64,000 nt of DNA from positions 2,758 to 66,757 of the forward strand of contig JAHDBM010000011.1 in assembly GCA_020630395.1 (NCBI GenBank), in the 5' to 3' direction. Below, in pieces: positions 20,475 through 30,211 of the stretch. The notes beneath the pieces are model-generated. The model saw only the letters and a list, made by a program, of their open reading frames with translations. It searched no databases and was not told where the DNA came from. The DNA is from Flavobacteriales bacterium (lineage in GTDB: Bacteria > Bacteroidota > Bacteroidia > Flavobacteriales_D > CAJJDF01). Position numbers and translations under genes: made by a program. Each line of letters starts with the position of its first letter. The stretch's first letter is position 1.

Positions 20475-20569
20475 TTAGCCTTACAGGTTTATTATATGTT
20501 TAACCAAGTAAAAAAGTAACTAAGACTAGTGTGAAACAAAACAGCACTTTTTACTAAAAAATTAAAATT

Positions 20570-20917
20570 ATGCCAAGAACGACATACGCAGTAGCGTCAA
20601 AAAAAAGAAGAAAAAAAATCTTAAAAGCTGCCAAAGGATACTTTGGGAGAAGAAAAAATGTTTACACGGTTGCTAAGAATGCAGTTGAGAAAGCAATGTC
20701 TTACTCATACATTCATAGAAAACAAAAGAAAAGAAACTTTAGAAAACTTTGGATCGTAAGAATCAATGCAGGTGTAAGACAATATGGAATGTCTTATTCT
20801 AAGTTTATGGGAGAGTATAATAAGTCTGGAATGGAAATGAACAGAAAAGTTCTTGCGGATTTAGCTATGAACCACCCAGAAGCTTTTAAAGCTGTTGTAG
20901 ATAAAGTGAAGAAGTAA
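20570..20917 (+). CDS. rplT: 50S ribosomal protein L20
   Basis: [26 protein letters not shown]. Confidence 0.98.
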   Translation: MPRTTYAVASKKRRKKILKAAKGYFGRRKNVYTVAKNAVEKAMSYSYIHRKQKKRNFRKLWIVRINAGVRQYGMSYSKFMGEYNKSGMEMNRKVLADLAMNHPEAFKAVVDKVKK

Positions 20918-20947
20918 AACACACGATATTTTAACTTTGGATTATAG

Positions 20948-20976
20948 AAAAAACGCCCTCAATGAGGGCGTTTTTT
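20948..20976. terminator. Bidirectional intrinsic terminator
   Basis: AAAAAACGCCCTC-AAT-GAGGGCGTTTTTT between convergent rplT and small ORF. Confidence 0.9.
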
Positions 20977-20983
20977 GTTTGTG

Positions 20984-21160
20984 TTATCTTCTTTTAATAA
21001 ACAAATAATAAGCAGATAAAGGAACTGTTACCAGAGCAGTTAAAGATAAACCTAATATTAACATTATATTAGCCCCTGGCCAGTGCATAATCTTAAACAT
21101 GCTTCCCATTAAATATGATGAAACACTTAATACAACTAAAGCATAAACTAAAATTCTCAT
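20984..21160 (-). CDS. 58-aa two-TM protein resembling the GldL N-terminal domain
   Basis: Not in ORF track; MRILVYALVVLSVSSYLMGSMFKIMHWPGANIMLILGLSLTALVTVPLSAYYLFIKRR; A/T-rich leader before ATG, terminator after stop. Confidence 0.8.
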   Translation of the reverse strand: MRILVYALVVLSVSSYLMGSMFKIMHWPGANIMLILGLSLTALVTVPLSAYYLFIKRR

Positions 21161-21246
21161 AATTTTTTATTTATATAATTAGATTAAAATGAAAAGTAAC
21201 AAGGATTAAAAAAATAATTCTAAAAAAAATTGACTCTCTTACTTTT

Positions 21247-21681
21247 ATGAAATATATACTTATAACCTTCATACTCCTACTCTTTTCTTGTACAACTGAA
21301 GATAATAATTATAAAATTGACAAACAAGCCATAACTCAAGTCATGAAAAACCAAGAAAAAGCCTGGAGCAATGGAGATATTGATGGTTTTATGGAAGGGT
21401 ATTGGAAATCAGATAGTTTAACCTTTATTGGCAGCAAAGGACCAACTTATGGCTGGAAACAAACACTCAAGAACTATAAAAAAGGATATAAAACAAAAGA
21501 TGAAATGGGAACGTTAACTTTTGAAACCATTGAGTTAACTCCAATTGCCAATAATGTATATTATATGATTGGTAAATACACCTTAACGAGAAAAGAAGAC
21601 ACTCCAACTGGATATTTTTCTCTACTTTGGAAAAAAATTAATACTAAATGGGTCATCATATCCGATCATACGAGTGGGTAA
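21247..21681 (+). CDS. NTF2-like (DUF4440/YybH) lipoprotein
   Basis: LFSC lipobox; QEKAWSNGDIDGFM, WVIISDHTS. Confidence 0.87.
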   Translation: MKYILITFILLLFSCTTEDNNYKIDKQAITQVMKNQEKAWSNGDIDGFMEGYWKSDSLTFIGSKGPTYGWKQTLKNYKKGYKTKDEMGTLTFETIELTPIANNVYYMIGKYTLTRKEDTPTGYFSLLWKKINTKWVIISDHTSG

Positions 21682-21701
21682 CATCTTATAAAACAACTAT
21701 C

Positions 21702-22208
21702 ATGAAATCAATCTATCCAATCATAATGTACGCTATTGCTATTTCTTCATGTAACAATGTTACTACACCTATTGATGATATTACCAATCAAGAAATAACA
21801 ATAAACGATTCTATCAAAAAAACCGCTAACGACATATCAAAAGAAATCACAATTTCATGGAAAATAACAGATACATCTTTATTCGATCCTGAAATTAATG
21901 ACGCATCTGTCTTACATTTATTCATTGGAGATACAAAAAAAAGAATACATTCTAGTTTTTCTAATTATACAACTCCACAAACATTATTTTCTTCAGAAGA
22001 TTTAACTGCTATAAAAGATAGTAATCATACTTTTTCTGAAATAATCCCAACTAACATTATAAGCGGCACTTTTGGCTTTCATGCAGGACTTTCAGAAGGT
22101 TTTTATGTGATTGAAAAATCAAATAATGAATATGAAGTATTTTGCTTTTACCTAGATGAAGATATGAATAACTACGAGAAAGAATTGGTTTTAACATATA
22201 GTAAATAA
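21702..22208 (+). CDS. Hypothetical lipoprotein
   Basis: MKSIYPIIMYAIAISSC lipobox; start moved to 21702. Confidence 0.65.
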   Translation: MKSIYPIIMYAIAISSCNNVTTPIDDITNQEITINDSIKKTANDISKEITISWKITDTSLFDPEINDASVLHLFIGDTKKRIHSSFSNYTTPQTLFSSEDLTAIKDSNHTFSEIIPTNIISGTFGFHAGLSEGFYVIEKSNNEYEVFCFYLDEDMNNYEKELVLTYSK

Positions 22209-22276
22209 ACTACCCTTTTTCAAGAATACGGGATGCCAACATAAACTTAATTTATTAGGTATTAAAATAAGGTCAT

Positions 22277-23080
22277 TTATTTTTTTAAACTATAAGCTAT
22301 ACCTATAGAAATAGTAGGTGATGCCCCTTGATTTTTTGCAAAAAAGGCTCCAAAACCGCTAGCATTTAACCAAAAGTTATCTATAATGTTATAAGATAAC
22401 TTTAGTCCAGGAGATAGATAATCTCCGTTATTATGATACAATACCGTTTCATTTGCAAATATATCATCAGTAACAGATGTATTTAATGCGCCAGCTATAT
22501 GCAGCATAATAAAAAATGATTGTTTAGCTATTGAAGTATTAAAACCAAATTCGGCATCAACTATTACCTGATTTGGAATATTATTCCTATACCTATAACC
22601 CAAAGAGCCATAAGTGTAATATGATGATTTTCCATATCCTACTGACATTCCTAGATCAAAAGCATGCTGGTTGTATCCTGTTCTTAATTCTCCAACTCTT
22701 GTACTAATAGGTGCTGTATATCCGTAATGTAATGCTAGTGGGATATTATTTAACAGTTGATGTTTAACCTTAACCTTTGAATCACCTAAACTGGATAGTG
22801 ATACACTATTGGATTGAACCATCTTATAAGGTAAATTTACAATTATAGATGTTTTATTAGCTACACTATACTCTCCAAAGAAACCTATAGTATTATCAGT
22901 AGTTCTTAAATTAGTTGTTACTACTTCTCCTTGAGAGTTGAATACATCATTATAACTCAAGAAAGTTCCTGATAGTTGACCATAAAACGACCCCTTATTA
23001 TTAACCCAAGGACTTTGTGCAATTCCATTAAACCCATAAAATAAAATTACCAAACTTAAAATATACTTAACACATGACAT
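22277..23080 (-). CDS. Hypothetical outer-membrane beta-barrel protein
   Basis: Signal peptide then QSPW; amphipathic strands; C-terminal ISIGIAY. Confidence 0.7.
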   Translation of the reverse strand: MSCVKYILSLVILFYGFNGIAQSPWVNNKGSFYGQLSGTFLSYNDVFNSQGEVVTTNLRTTDNTIGFFGEYSVANKTSIIVNLPYKMVQSNSVSLSSLGDSKVKVKHQLLNNIPLALHYGYTAPISTRVGELRTGYNQHAFDLGMSVGYGKSSYYTYGSLGYRYRNNIPNQVIVDAEFGFNTSIAKQSFFIMLHIAGALNTSVTDDIFANETVLYHNNGDYLSPGLKLSYNIIDNFWLNASGFGAFFAKNQGASPTISIGIAYSLKK

Positions 23081-23164
23081 TGATACAGATGATTTGATTA
23101 CAAAACAATTTAATTAACTTTAACCATATTTATAAAGACGATTAACTATTAGATCATATACAAC

Positions 23165-23917
23165 ATGAAGTATTTATTTTTTTTAAGCACCATTACGTTA
23201 ATAATATCAAGCTGTAGGAAAGGAGAATTCATAAGAAAAGATACACTTTCTTATTATTTAGAACAAAACTCCGAGTTACCTCAAGCTAACCTCATAGCTT
23301 GTGCGGCTGGCTCTCCTATTGGACTTAATCAAAATGGGGATTATGGATCGTTTATGTTTTTTTATCCTGTGGCTGGTGCAACAGATTTTAAGTACTATGA
23401 AGCAAAAAACATAGCAGATTCTTTAGATTTTTCTAAATACATTGAAAAAATATTACCACAACAACCTGTTTTTAATGGATATTTAAGACGATTTGTATTG
23501 GAACCATTTGCAGGAGAAAGAATGGGAATGGTTACTTACATGGCAAATGGAAATCTCCATATTTGTGATCCCGTAAGAATAAAAACTAACCTTAAACCTA
23601 CTGAAGTAAATGCTTCTTTAGGGACAATTAACGAAACAGGCATTAATCCCGAATTTTCATGGACTGATGGAACTATTGATGAAAATGTAATCTACTTTCA
23701 AGTAGTATCTGATACATTGGGTAATCTTATCTCAGGAACGTATACCTATGATAAAAACTTTACGTTTTACGATTTAAGTAATGTGGTGCTTAATATAAAA
23801 GATGTAACCCCTGCCCCATCTCTATTACCTAATACCAAATATAATTTTACTATGATGGCAGTAAGTGAAGACAATTGGGTTAACCTATTGATTCAAAAGT
23901 CGTTTATGACGAATTAA
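23165..23917 (+). CDS. Hypothetical lipoprotein
   Basis: ISSC lipobox; LIACAA; FN3-like C-terminal part. Confidence 0.7.
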   Translation: MKYLFFLSTITLIISSCRKGEFIRKDTLSYYLEQNSELPQANLIACAAGSPIGLNQNGDYGSFMFFYPVAGATDFKYYEAKNIADSLDFSKYIEKILPQQPVFNGYLRRFVLEPFAGERMGMVTYMANGNLHICDPVRIKTNLKPTEVNASLGTINETGINPEFSWTDGTIDENVIYFQVVSDTLGNLISGTYTYDKNFTFYDLSNVVLNIKDVTPAPSLLPNTKYNFTMMAVSEDNWVNLLIQKSFMTN

Positions 23918-23920
23918 GAT

Positions 23921-24487
23921 CTATTGAAATAGTTTAAAAATCATTCCATATAGTTCTCGAAACACCCATTCAAAAAAGAACGTCATAAAAAATGATCCAA
24001 ACACTACAACAATAGATTTAACGATATCGGAATTTAGTATATGTAAAATTCCTCTAAATAGAATTAGTGTAAACCAAGCTATACCAAATAAAGACATTTC
24101 ATCAGTTGTATTAAATATTACCCTACCATAAGCAATTTCAAAAACAAGAGGTAATAAAGAAAATCCATAAACATATAGTAAAGTTTGAAAACTAAACTCT
24201 GCTTTTAAGATAGTTAGAATTCTATTGATAAAATATAACTGTAATCCACTACGTAAAACTAAATAAAATCCATTCCAACATACCTTTTTCCCTTTTTGGA
24301 TATCATATTCATCAAATCTATGGCCTCCATCCAAATACAAAGCTAAAAACACAAAAAACATTAGTATAATCAACCCTATAAAAAACAAGCTTATACCGCC
24401 TAATGTAGAAAGTGATCTATTATCATCAAGCCTTTTAAGGGTTATAGATGGTATAAAAGGAAAAATAAAAAAATGTAGAGGATTCAT
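23921..24487 (-). CDS. Hypothetical membrane protein (Yip1-like topology)
   Basis: About five hydrophobic segments, YGFSLLP motif. Confidence 0.55.
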   Translation of the reverse strand: MNPLHFFIFPFIPSITLKRLDDNRSLSTLGGISLFFIGLIILMFFVFLALYLDGGHRFDEYDIQKGKKVCWNGFYLVLRSGLQLYFINRILTILKAEFSFQTLLYVYGFSLLPLVFEIAYGRVIFNTTDEMSLFGIAWFTLILFRGILHILNSDIVKSIVVVFGSFFMTFFFEWVFRELYGMIFKLFQ

Positions 24488-24521
24488 AAATGACTTAATG
24501 TCCTATTAATTTAAAACTTAG

Positions 24522-27500
24522 TTACTTCAATAAATTAACATGTCCATGAACTAGCTTATTTCTAGTATTAACATCAGAGTACTTTAGCTTCCATACATAG
24601 GTATCTGTTTTGGATCTTACGCCTTTATATTTGCCATCCCATCCTTGATTCATATCATTAGATTCGAAAATAAGATCTCCCCATCTGTTAAAAATCAGTA
24701 ATTCATACTCTAATATGTCTTCTCCTTTTACATAAAACACATCATTATTTCCGTCTCCATTTGGAGTAAAACTATTTGGAACATATATTACCCCATCTAC
24801 TGATACAGTAACATCATCAGATACTTCACATCCATATTGATCTATCAAGTTTACCGTATAAGTTGTAGTTGTCTCAGGGTTTGCATAATTATCTGTGCAA
24901 TTTTCACAATCTAATGTTGTATGATAATCCCAATATACAGTTCCTGGAGTGTGAGTTGGAATAAGCTCTGCACCTTCTCCATAATTTACGATTTTATCTT
25001 CCCCTGCATCTATTGATGGTATTGGGAAAAATTCTATTCTAGTAGTAGCAGTATCCTTACACCCAAGGTTGTCGGCCACAATAACAGTAAAAGTAGTTGG
25101 TGTTCCAGGTATTGCTCCTGTATGAGCCATATTAGGATTTAACACTTTATTACTTGGCAACCATTGATATGTACTTCCTCCAGATGCCCATAAATTTATA
25201 GTGTCATTAAAACATACAGTATCATCTGGTGATATAACGGCTGTTGGTTTTTGAACATTTACGACCACTGAATCTGTAACAGTTCCGCAAACATTTGTTA
25301 CATCCACATAATATGTTGTTGTTACTAATCTATCAGCTATTATTAATGTAGAAGATGGATTTGGTATTGTATGATCAGAATACCAGTAATAACTTGTCCC
25401 TCCAGAAATTGTTAATTGAATAGCATCCGAAGGACATTTATCATGAATTCTTGTCAATACTGGATTTGGTAATCCTTGCTGTATATTAACCGTAACTTGT
25501 TCAGTTCCTGTACATCCATCAGCACTAGTAACAGTAACGGTATATAGTGTTGTTGAGTTTGGTGTAGCAATTGGATTGGCAATATTAGGATTACTTAAAC
25601 CAGTTGCAGGACTCCAAACATAAGTTGCTCCTCCACTAGCCCATAACTGAACTGGTGTACCTACACATACTAATGTATCATTTGCAACATCAGTTGTAAT
25701 AGAGTTTACTGTAATGGTTACATAACCCGTATCTGTATTACAAATACTAGTTCCAATAACTCTATAAGTTGTTGTAACTGTTGATGTAGCAATTGGGTTA
25801 GCAATATTTGCATTATTTAACCCTGTTGAAGGACTCCAAACATAAGAGGTAGATCCATTTGCCCATAATTGAACTGGTGATCCTAAACATATTGCTGTAT
25901 CTTGTTTATGTGTAATACTACTATTACTTAATACTTCAATTTTTATAAATAAAGTATCTGGTTTAATACATGAACTTGTAGAATCAATAGCTATTAATCT
26001 AACATTATAAATTCCAGGAGTAGTAAAAGTGTGATTTGGACTTTTTGTGTTGGTCATTGGAGATCCATCAGCAAAATCCCAAAAATATTTATTCCCTCCA
26101 CTTGTATTACTAAACGTAACATTTAATGGAGCACAACCAACAGAATCAGGCAATGGAACCGCTCTAGCTTGTATATCACTTATTTCAAAATCAATTTTAA
26201 AAACGGTTACATCATAACCGCCACCAGTTTGGTTAGAAGAACTGTAAGCAGATGGCAATGTAGGAAAACCATTATCAGTACAAGTAGCTTGGTAAACAAC
26301 TCCTTTCTTATCGAAACGACTAGTACCTCCATCTACATGTGAATCAGACGCTCCATAATATGTTCCATAACTTAAGCTAGTAGCATTAGGACTAAGTGCC
26401 ATTAAATAAAATCCTGCAGGAGTAGATTGAACTGCATTTCCTGTAATTCCAAATCCGCTTAACGTACTTAACGCCCCATGTCCAGATGCATAAATAAAAT
26501 TGCAATCATCTACTAAAAAGGCTACTGGTGCCATATTTCGAGTAGTAGAAGTAAATGCTCTTGTAGTTAAAGCCGGATTAAATTTTGTTATAAAAATTCC
26601 ATTACCTCCGTTATAACGACCAGCAGTTGCTGAAATAGTTCCAGCTGTTTGACCCAATATATAAATATCACCTGATAAATCTTTTTCGATAAAAAATGAT
26701 TCGTCATTACTACTCGATCCAAAATATGATCTATGCAACACTGATGTTCCTGTATTGTTTAGAGCTAATACAAATCCATCTCTACCTCCATTATATCCAA
26801 AAGCTCCTCCAGAAGGTAAAAACCCATTTCCAGCAGTACCAGTGATATATATTTTCGTCCCTGATTTCACAACACCATAAGCAGCATCATCAGCAGTACC
26901 TCCTAAATAAGTACTAAAGATTAAAGTAGACATATTAGAACTTAATTTAAAAGCAACACCATCTTGTCCGCCACCTAAACTCGTTTGATAAGCTCCAGCA
27001 GATGTTGGAAAGTTATTAGACTCTGTCATACTTGCTACATAAGCATTACCGGCATTATCAACAATAATTTCTCCTCTAAACTCATCTCCATAATTGGTAG
27101 AAATTGAATTTTTTCCATCTTCATCAGCTCCTCCTATAAAAGTAGACCCTAAAAGACCTCCACCAGTTGGAGACAAAACACTCACCACAATATCTCCCCA
27201 ACCATTATAGGTATTATCATAAGCTGATGCTGTTGTAGGGAAATTACTTGATTCAGTTGTTCCTAATATGTATAATCTTCCGTTATGATCGAATAAAGAA
27301 TGTGGAAAATCATCTCCAGATCCTCCTAAATAAGTTGCATATATTAATGAAGATCCTGTTGGATTATATTTATTAATACACATTTCTCTAGAACCACTAT
27401 ATGACCTTTGATAAGCTCCAGTGGTAGTTGGTAAACCTCCAGGAGAAAAACCTGCTCCTGCTGAATATATATTACCTGCTGCATCATAAGTTGCAGTGTG

Positions 27501-28286
27501 TCCATATATTGGTTCAGTTGTACCCGAATATGTAGATGCTACAACAACTGGATCTATTATTAAATCTTTTGTTTTGTCATAATCTCCTATTTCAAAAGAA
27601 ACTTCATTATTGTTTAATACATAACGTGAAGGAATTTCAACTTTTTCTCCATTAATAACTTGATAAACATACGGAGCTTGCTCAACAACATCTCCAACAG
27701 ATGTAGTTAACACAAGGTTCCCTTCTACTAAAGCTACTTTATTTAATCCATTATAAGCTAACTTAATATCTTTCATATTCCCCCTTGGGTGAACGATAAA
27801 GTCGTATTTCATATTAATTCCCTCACTGTAAAGAGAAAGATCAATATTAGGATATGCATCTATTGCATTAACTCTTCCATAAAGAGATACATTTTCTACC
27901 CATTTGCTTTTATCACTTCCTAATAAATAATTATGATATTCAGTTTTTTTATTTTCTTCAGTAAAATGATTAAGCTTAGCGTTAACAAAAGATACTTTAT
28001 AAGCATGACAATCAATTAAATTTTCTTCTTTTGATAATTCATGTTGATGTTCTGGAGCATGATGTTGATGCTCTCCTATTTCATGTAAATCTTCAAGACT
28101 AAATAAATCATACATTAAGCCATTTTCTTGAACAAACATTCTTCCTCCATGCACATTTACTTTATATAATACACTATCATCAAACTGACCTTTATTTTTA
28201 ATAAAGTTTAATCCTTCTGTTACCTCCTGAGCAAATACTCCTAAAGTAGAGAGGATTAATGTGATTATGAATAATGTATTTTTCAT
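24522..28286 (-). CDS. Large surface protein with SBBP propeller repeats, PKD/Ig repeats and T9SS type B (gliding-motility) CTD
   Basis: FIKNKGQ, LIIDP, YATYLGGSGDD, HVDGGTSRFD, PKD WDFADG, VPNSFTPNGDGNND...IFNRWG; start moved to ATG 28286. Confidence 0.9.
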   Translation of the reverse strand: MKNTLFIITLILSTLGVFAQEVTEGLNFIKNKGQFDDSVLYKVNVHGGRMFVQENGLMYDLFSLEDLHEIGEHQHHAPEHQHELSKEENLIDCHAYKVSFVNAKLNHFTEENKKTEYHNYLLGSDKSKWVENVSLYGRVNAIDAYPNIDLSLYSEGINMKYDFIVHPRGNMKDIKLAYNGLNKVALVEGNLVLTTSVGDVVEQAPYVYQVINGEKVEIPSRYVLNNNEVSFEIGDYDKTKDLIIDPVVVASTYSGTTEPIYGHTATYDAAGNIYSAGAGFSPGGLPTTTGAYQRSYSGSREMCINKYNPTGSSLIYATYLGGSGDDFPHSLFDHNGRLYILGTTESSNFPTTASAYDNTYNGWGDIVVSVLSPTGGGLLGSTFIGGADEDGKNSISTNYGDEFRGEIIVDNAGNAYVASMTESNNFPTSAGAYQTSLGGGQDGVAFKLSSNMSTLIFSTYLGGTADDAAYGVVKSGTKIYITGTAGNGFLPSGGAFGYNGGRDGFVLALNNTGTSVLHRSYFGSSSNDESFFIEKDLSGDIYILGQTAGTISATAGRYNGGNGIFITKFNPALTTRAFTSTTRNMAPVAFLVDDCNFIYASGHGALSTLSGFGITGNAVQSTPAGFYLMALSPNATSLSYGTYYGASDSHVDGGTSRFDKKGVVYQATCTDNGFPTLPSAYSSSNQTGGGYDVTVFKIDFEISDIQARAVPLPDSVGCAPLNVTFSNTSGGNKYFWDFADGSPMTNTKSPNHTFTTPGIYNVRLIAIDSTSSCIKPDTLFIKIEVLSNSSITHKQDTAICLGSPVQLWANGSTSYVWSPSTGLNNANIANPIATSTVTTTYRVIGTSICNTDTGYVTITVNSITTDVANDTLVCVGTPVQLWASGGATYVWSPATGLSNPNIANPIATPNSTTLYTVTVTSADGCTGTEQVTVNIQQGLPNPVLTRIHDKCPSDAIQLTISGGTSYYWYSDHTIPNPSSTLIIADRLVTTTYYVDVTNVCGTVTDSVVVNVQKPTAVISPDDTVCFNDTINLWASGGSTYQWLPSNKVLNPNMAHTGAIPGTPTTFTVIVADNLGCKDTATTRIEFFPIPSIDAGEDKIVNYGEGAELIPTHTPGTVYWDYHTTLDCENCTDNYANPETTTTYTVNLIDQYGCEVSDDVTVSVDGVIYVPNSFTPNGDGNNDVFYVKGEDILEYELLIFNRWGDLIFESNDMNQGWDGKYKGVRSKTDTYVWKLKYSDVNTRNKLVHGHVNLLK

Positions 28287-28320
28287 TTTTTTTGTCGGCT
28301 TAACTATTTCTATTAACAAA

Positions 28321-28335
28321 ACAATAACTGTGCCA
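28321..28335 (-). promoter_or_regulatory. Putative sigma54 -24/-12 promoter
   Basis: Minus strand TGGCACAGTTATTGT versus consensus TGGCAC-N5-TTGC; 35 nt upstream of ATG 28286. Confidence 0.6.
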
Positions 28336-28541
28336 GAAAATAATTTTCTTATACTAAGATGACAAATCTAAATACGAATACCCCTACTCGAAGTTTAACT
28401 TATTGATAATAATATATTTAATGGTTGATTTAATAAATAAACGGTAAACTAATAAAAGTGATTTAGTTCATGAAAAAGAGATTGATTAAGAGGCACTTAA
28501 AACATGCCTCCAATAGTTTTTTGATACAAAAACAATATTGA

Positions 28542-28668
28542 TGTCATTCCAAACTTGATTTAGAATCTACTAACTCTATATCCTCAATAGAGTTAATCAA
28601 CCCTTCGACTCCGCTCAGGGTGACAAATATAATTGAAAAACAGATGTTATGCTGAGCTGAGTCGAAGC
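28542..28668. repeat. Cluster of REP-like palindromic elements
   Basis: TGTCATTCCAAACTTGATTTAGAATCT; hairpin TAACTCTAT/ATAGAGTTA; inverted pair CTTCGACTCCGCTCAGGGTGACA (28603-28625) and TGTTATGCTGAGCTGAGTCGAAG (28645-28667). Confidence 0.75.
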
Positions 28669-28719
28669 ATATCTCTATTTACTAATATTAAATATTGAGA
28701 GAATAAATACGTGTATTGA

Positions 28720-29640
28720 TCAAAGCTCAAACACATCCCCTTCACTAGCAATTTCAATATTATTATATATTGAAGTGCCTTCTTCTAAAAAAGTCGGATA
28801 ATCACTTTCTAAATATCTTGCTGAAAAATGACCTATTAATAGCTTATTTGCTTCAGCTTTTTTAGCAATATTAGCTGCATCTATAACGGTTGAATGAAAT
28901 GTCTTTTTAGCAATAGCTCTTTCAGCCTCTAAAAAAGTAGCTTCATGGTACAATAAAGTAACTTGCTTAATAATAGGAATTATCTTTTCCCTATATGCAG
29001 TATCAGAGCAATACCCATAACTTCTTGATGGCTCCTGTGAAAATGTTAATTTATCATTTGGTATTTCTTTACCTTCTTTTGTAATAAATGAACCTCCCTC
29101 TTTTATTGCTGGTATGGCGTAATGTGGAATTTCATAAAATTTAATTTTATCGGGTTTCATTTTACGATTCCTAGGTTTTTCTTTAAAGATAAACCCATTC
29201 GCATAAATACCATGTTTTAAAGGAATAGTGTAAACTTCTAAGTTCTTTTCATCCAGAATAATTTCTGATTGCTTAGATTCTAAAAAATGATATACAATAT
29301 TATACTTAAAAGAAGAATGAGAAGCTTTTAACTGAACATCAATGATATCTTTTAATGGTTTAGGACAAAACAGATGTAAATCTTTAGTTCTTCCCAATAA
29401 ATGCATAGATGACAGCAAACCAATTAAACCGAAATAATGATCTCCATGTAAATGAGAAATGAATATATGATGAATCTTTAAAAAACTAACTTTTTGTTTT
29501 CTTAATTGTACTTGTGTTCCTTCTCCACAATCTATTAAAAATACTCTTCCATAAAATTTAATTAGCTGAGCACTTGGTCTTTTCTTAATAGTTGGCAAAG
29601 CACTTCCAGAACCTAAAATATGTATAGAGAAATTATTCAT
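28720..29640 (-). CDS. rnz: Ribonuclease Z
   Basis: ILGSGSALP, DCGEGTQ, SHLHGDH, SDT, HEATF, HST, GHFSARY; start moved to ATG 29640. Confidence 0.95.
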   Translation of the reverse strand: MNNFSIHILGSGSALPTIKKRPSAQLIKFYGRVFLIDCGEGTQVQLRKQKVSFLKIHHIFISHLHGDHYFGLIGLLSSMHLLGRTKDLHLFCPKPLKDIIDVQLKASHSSFKYNIVYHFLESKQSEIILDEKNLEVYTIPLKHGIYANGFIFKEKPRNRKMKPDKIKFYEIPHYAIPAIKEGGSFITKEGKEIPNDKLTFSQEPSRSYGYCSDTAYREKIIPIIKQVTLLYHEATFLEAERAIAKKTFHSTVIDAANIAKKAEANKLLIGHFSARYLESDYPTFLEEGTSIYNNIEIASEGDVFEL

Positions 29641-30211
29641 AAGAAGCTTTAATCTCTTCGTATCTAAAACAATCCACAAAATGATCGTTTACCATACCAA
29701 CAGCCTGCATAAATGCATAGACTATAGTTGAACCAACAAATTTAAACCCTCTTTTCTTTAAATCTTTACTTAATGCATCTGATTCTTTTGAAGTTGCTGG
29801 AACTTCACTCATGTTTTTAAATGTGTTAACTATTGGCTTTCCATCAACAAAACTCCATAAATAACTAGAAAAACCACCTTCCTCTTCTATTATCTTAAGA
29901 TAAGCTTGAGCATTGGTAATAGCCGCATTAATTTTTAGCTTATTCCTTACAATCCCAGCATTTTGTAATAACTCATCAATCTTTTGTTGATCGTATTTAG
30001 CGATTTTAACTGGATCAAAATTATCGAAAGCTTTGTAATAATTTTCCGTCTTCTTAAGAATGGTTATCCAGCTTAACCCAGCTTGTGCTCCATCTAAAAT
30101 AAGCTTAGCAAATAAGTCTTGATCATCATAAACCGGAACTCCCCATTGTTTATCGTGATAATCAACATATATTGGATCAGTTCCACACCAAGTGCATCTT
30201 CCTTTAGACAT
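29633..30211 (-). CDS. tag: DNA-3-methyladenine glycosylase I
   Basis: RCTW, YHDKQWG, QAGLSW, FKFVG, GMVNDH..C. Confidence 0.96.
   Translation of the reverse strand: MSKGRCTWCGTDPIYVDYHDKQWGVPVYDDQDLFAKLILDGAQAGLSWITILKKTENYYKAFDNFDPVKIAKYDQQKIDELLQNAGIVRNKLKINAAITNAQAYLKIIEEEGGFSSYLWSFVDGKPIVNTFKNMSEVPATSKESDALSKDLKKRGFKFVGSTIVYAFMQAVGMVNDHFVDCFRYEEIKASYE

Noticed and set aside
28542-28668. CRISPR array or tRNA
   Set aside because: Units are inverted and non-identical with no spacer periodicity, no cas genes, no cloverleaf
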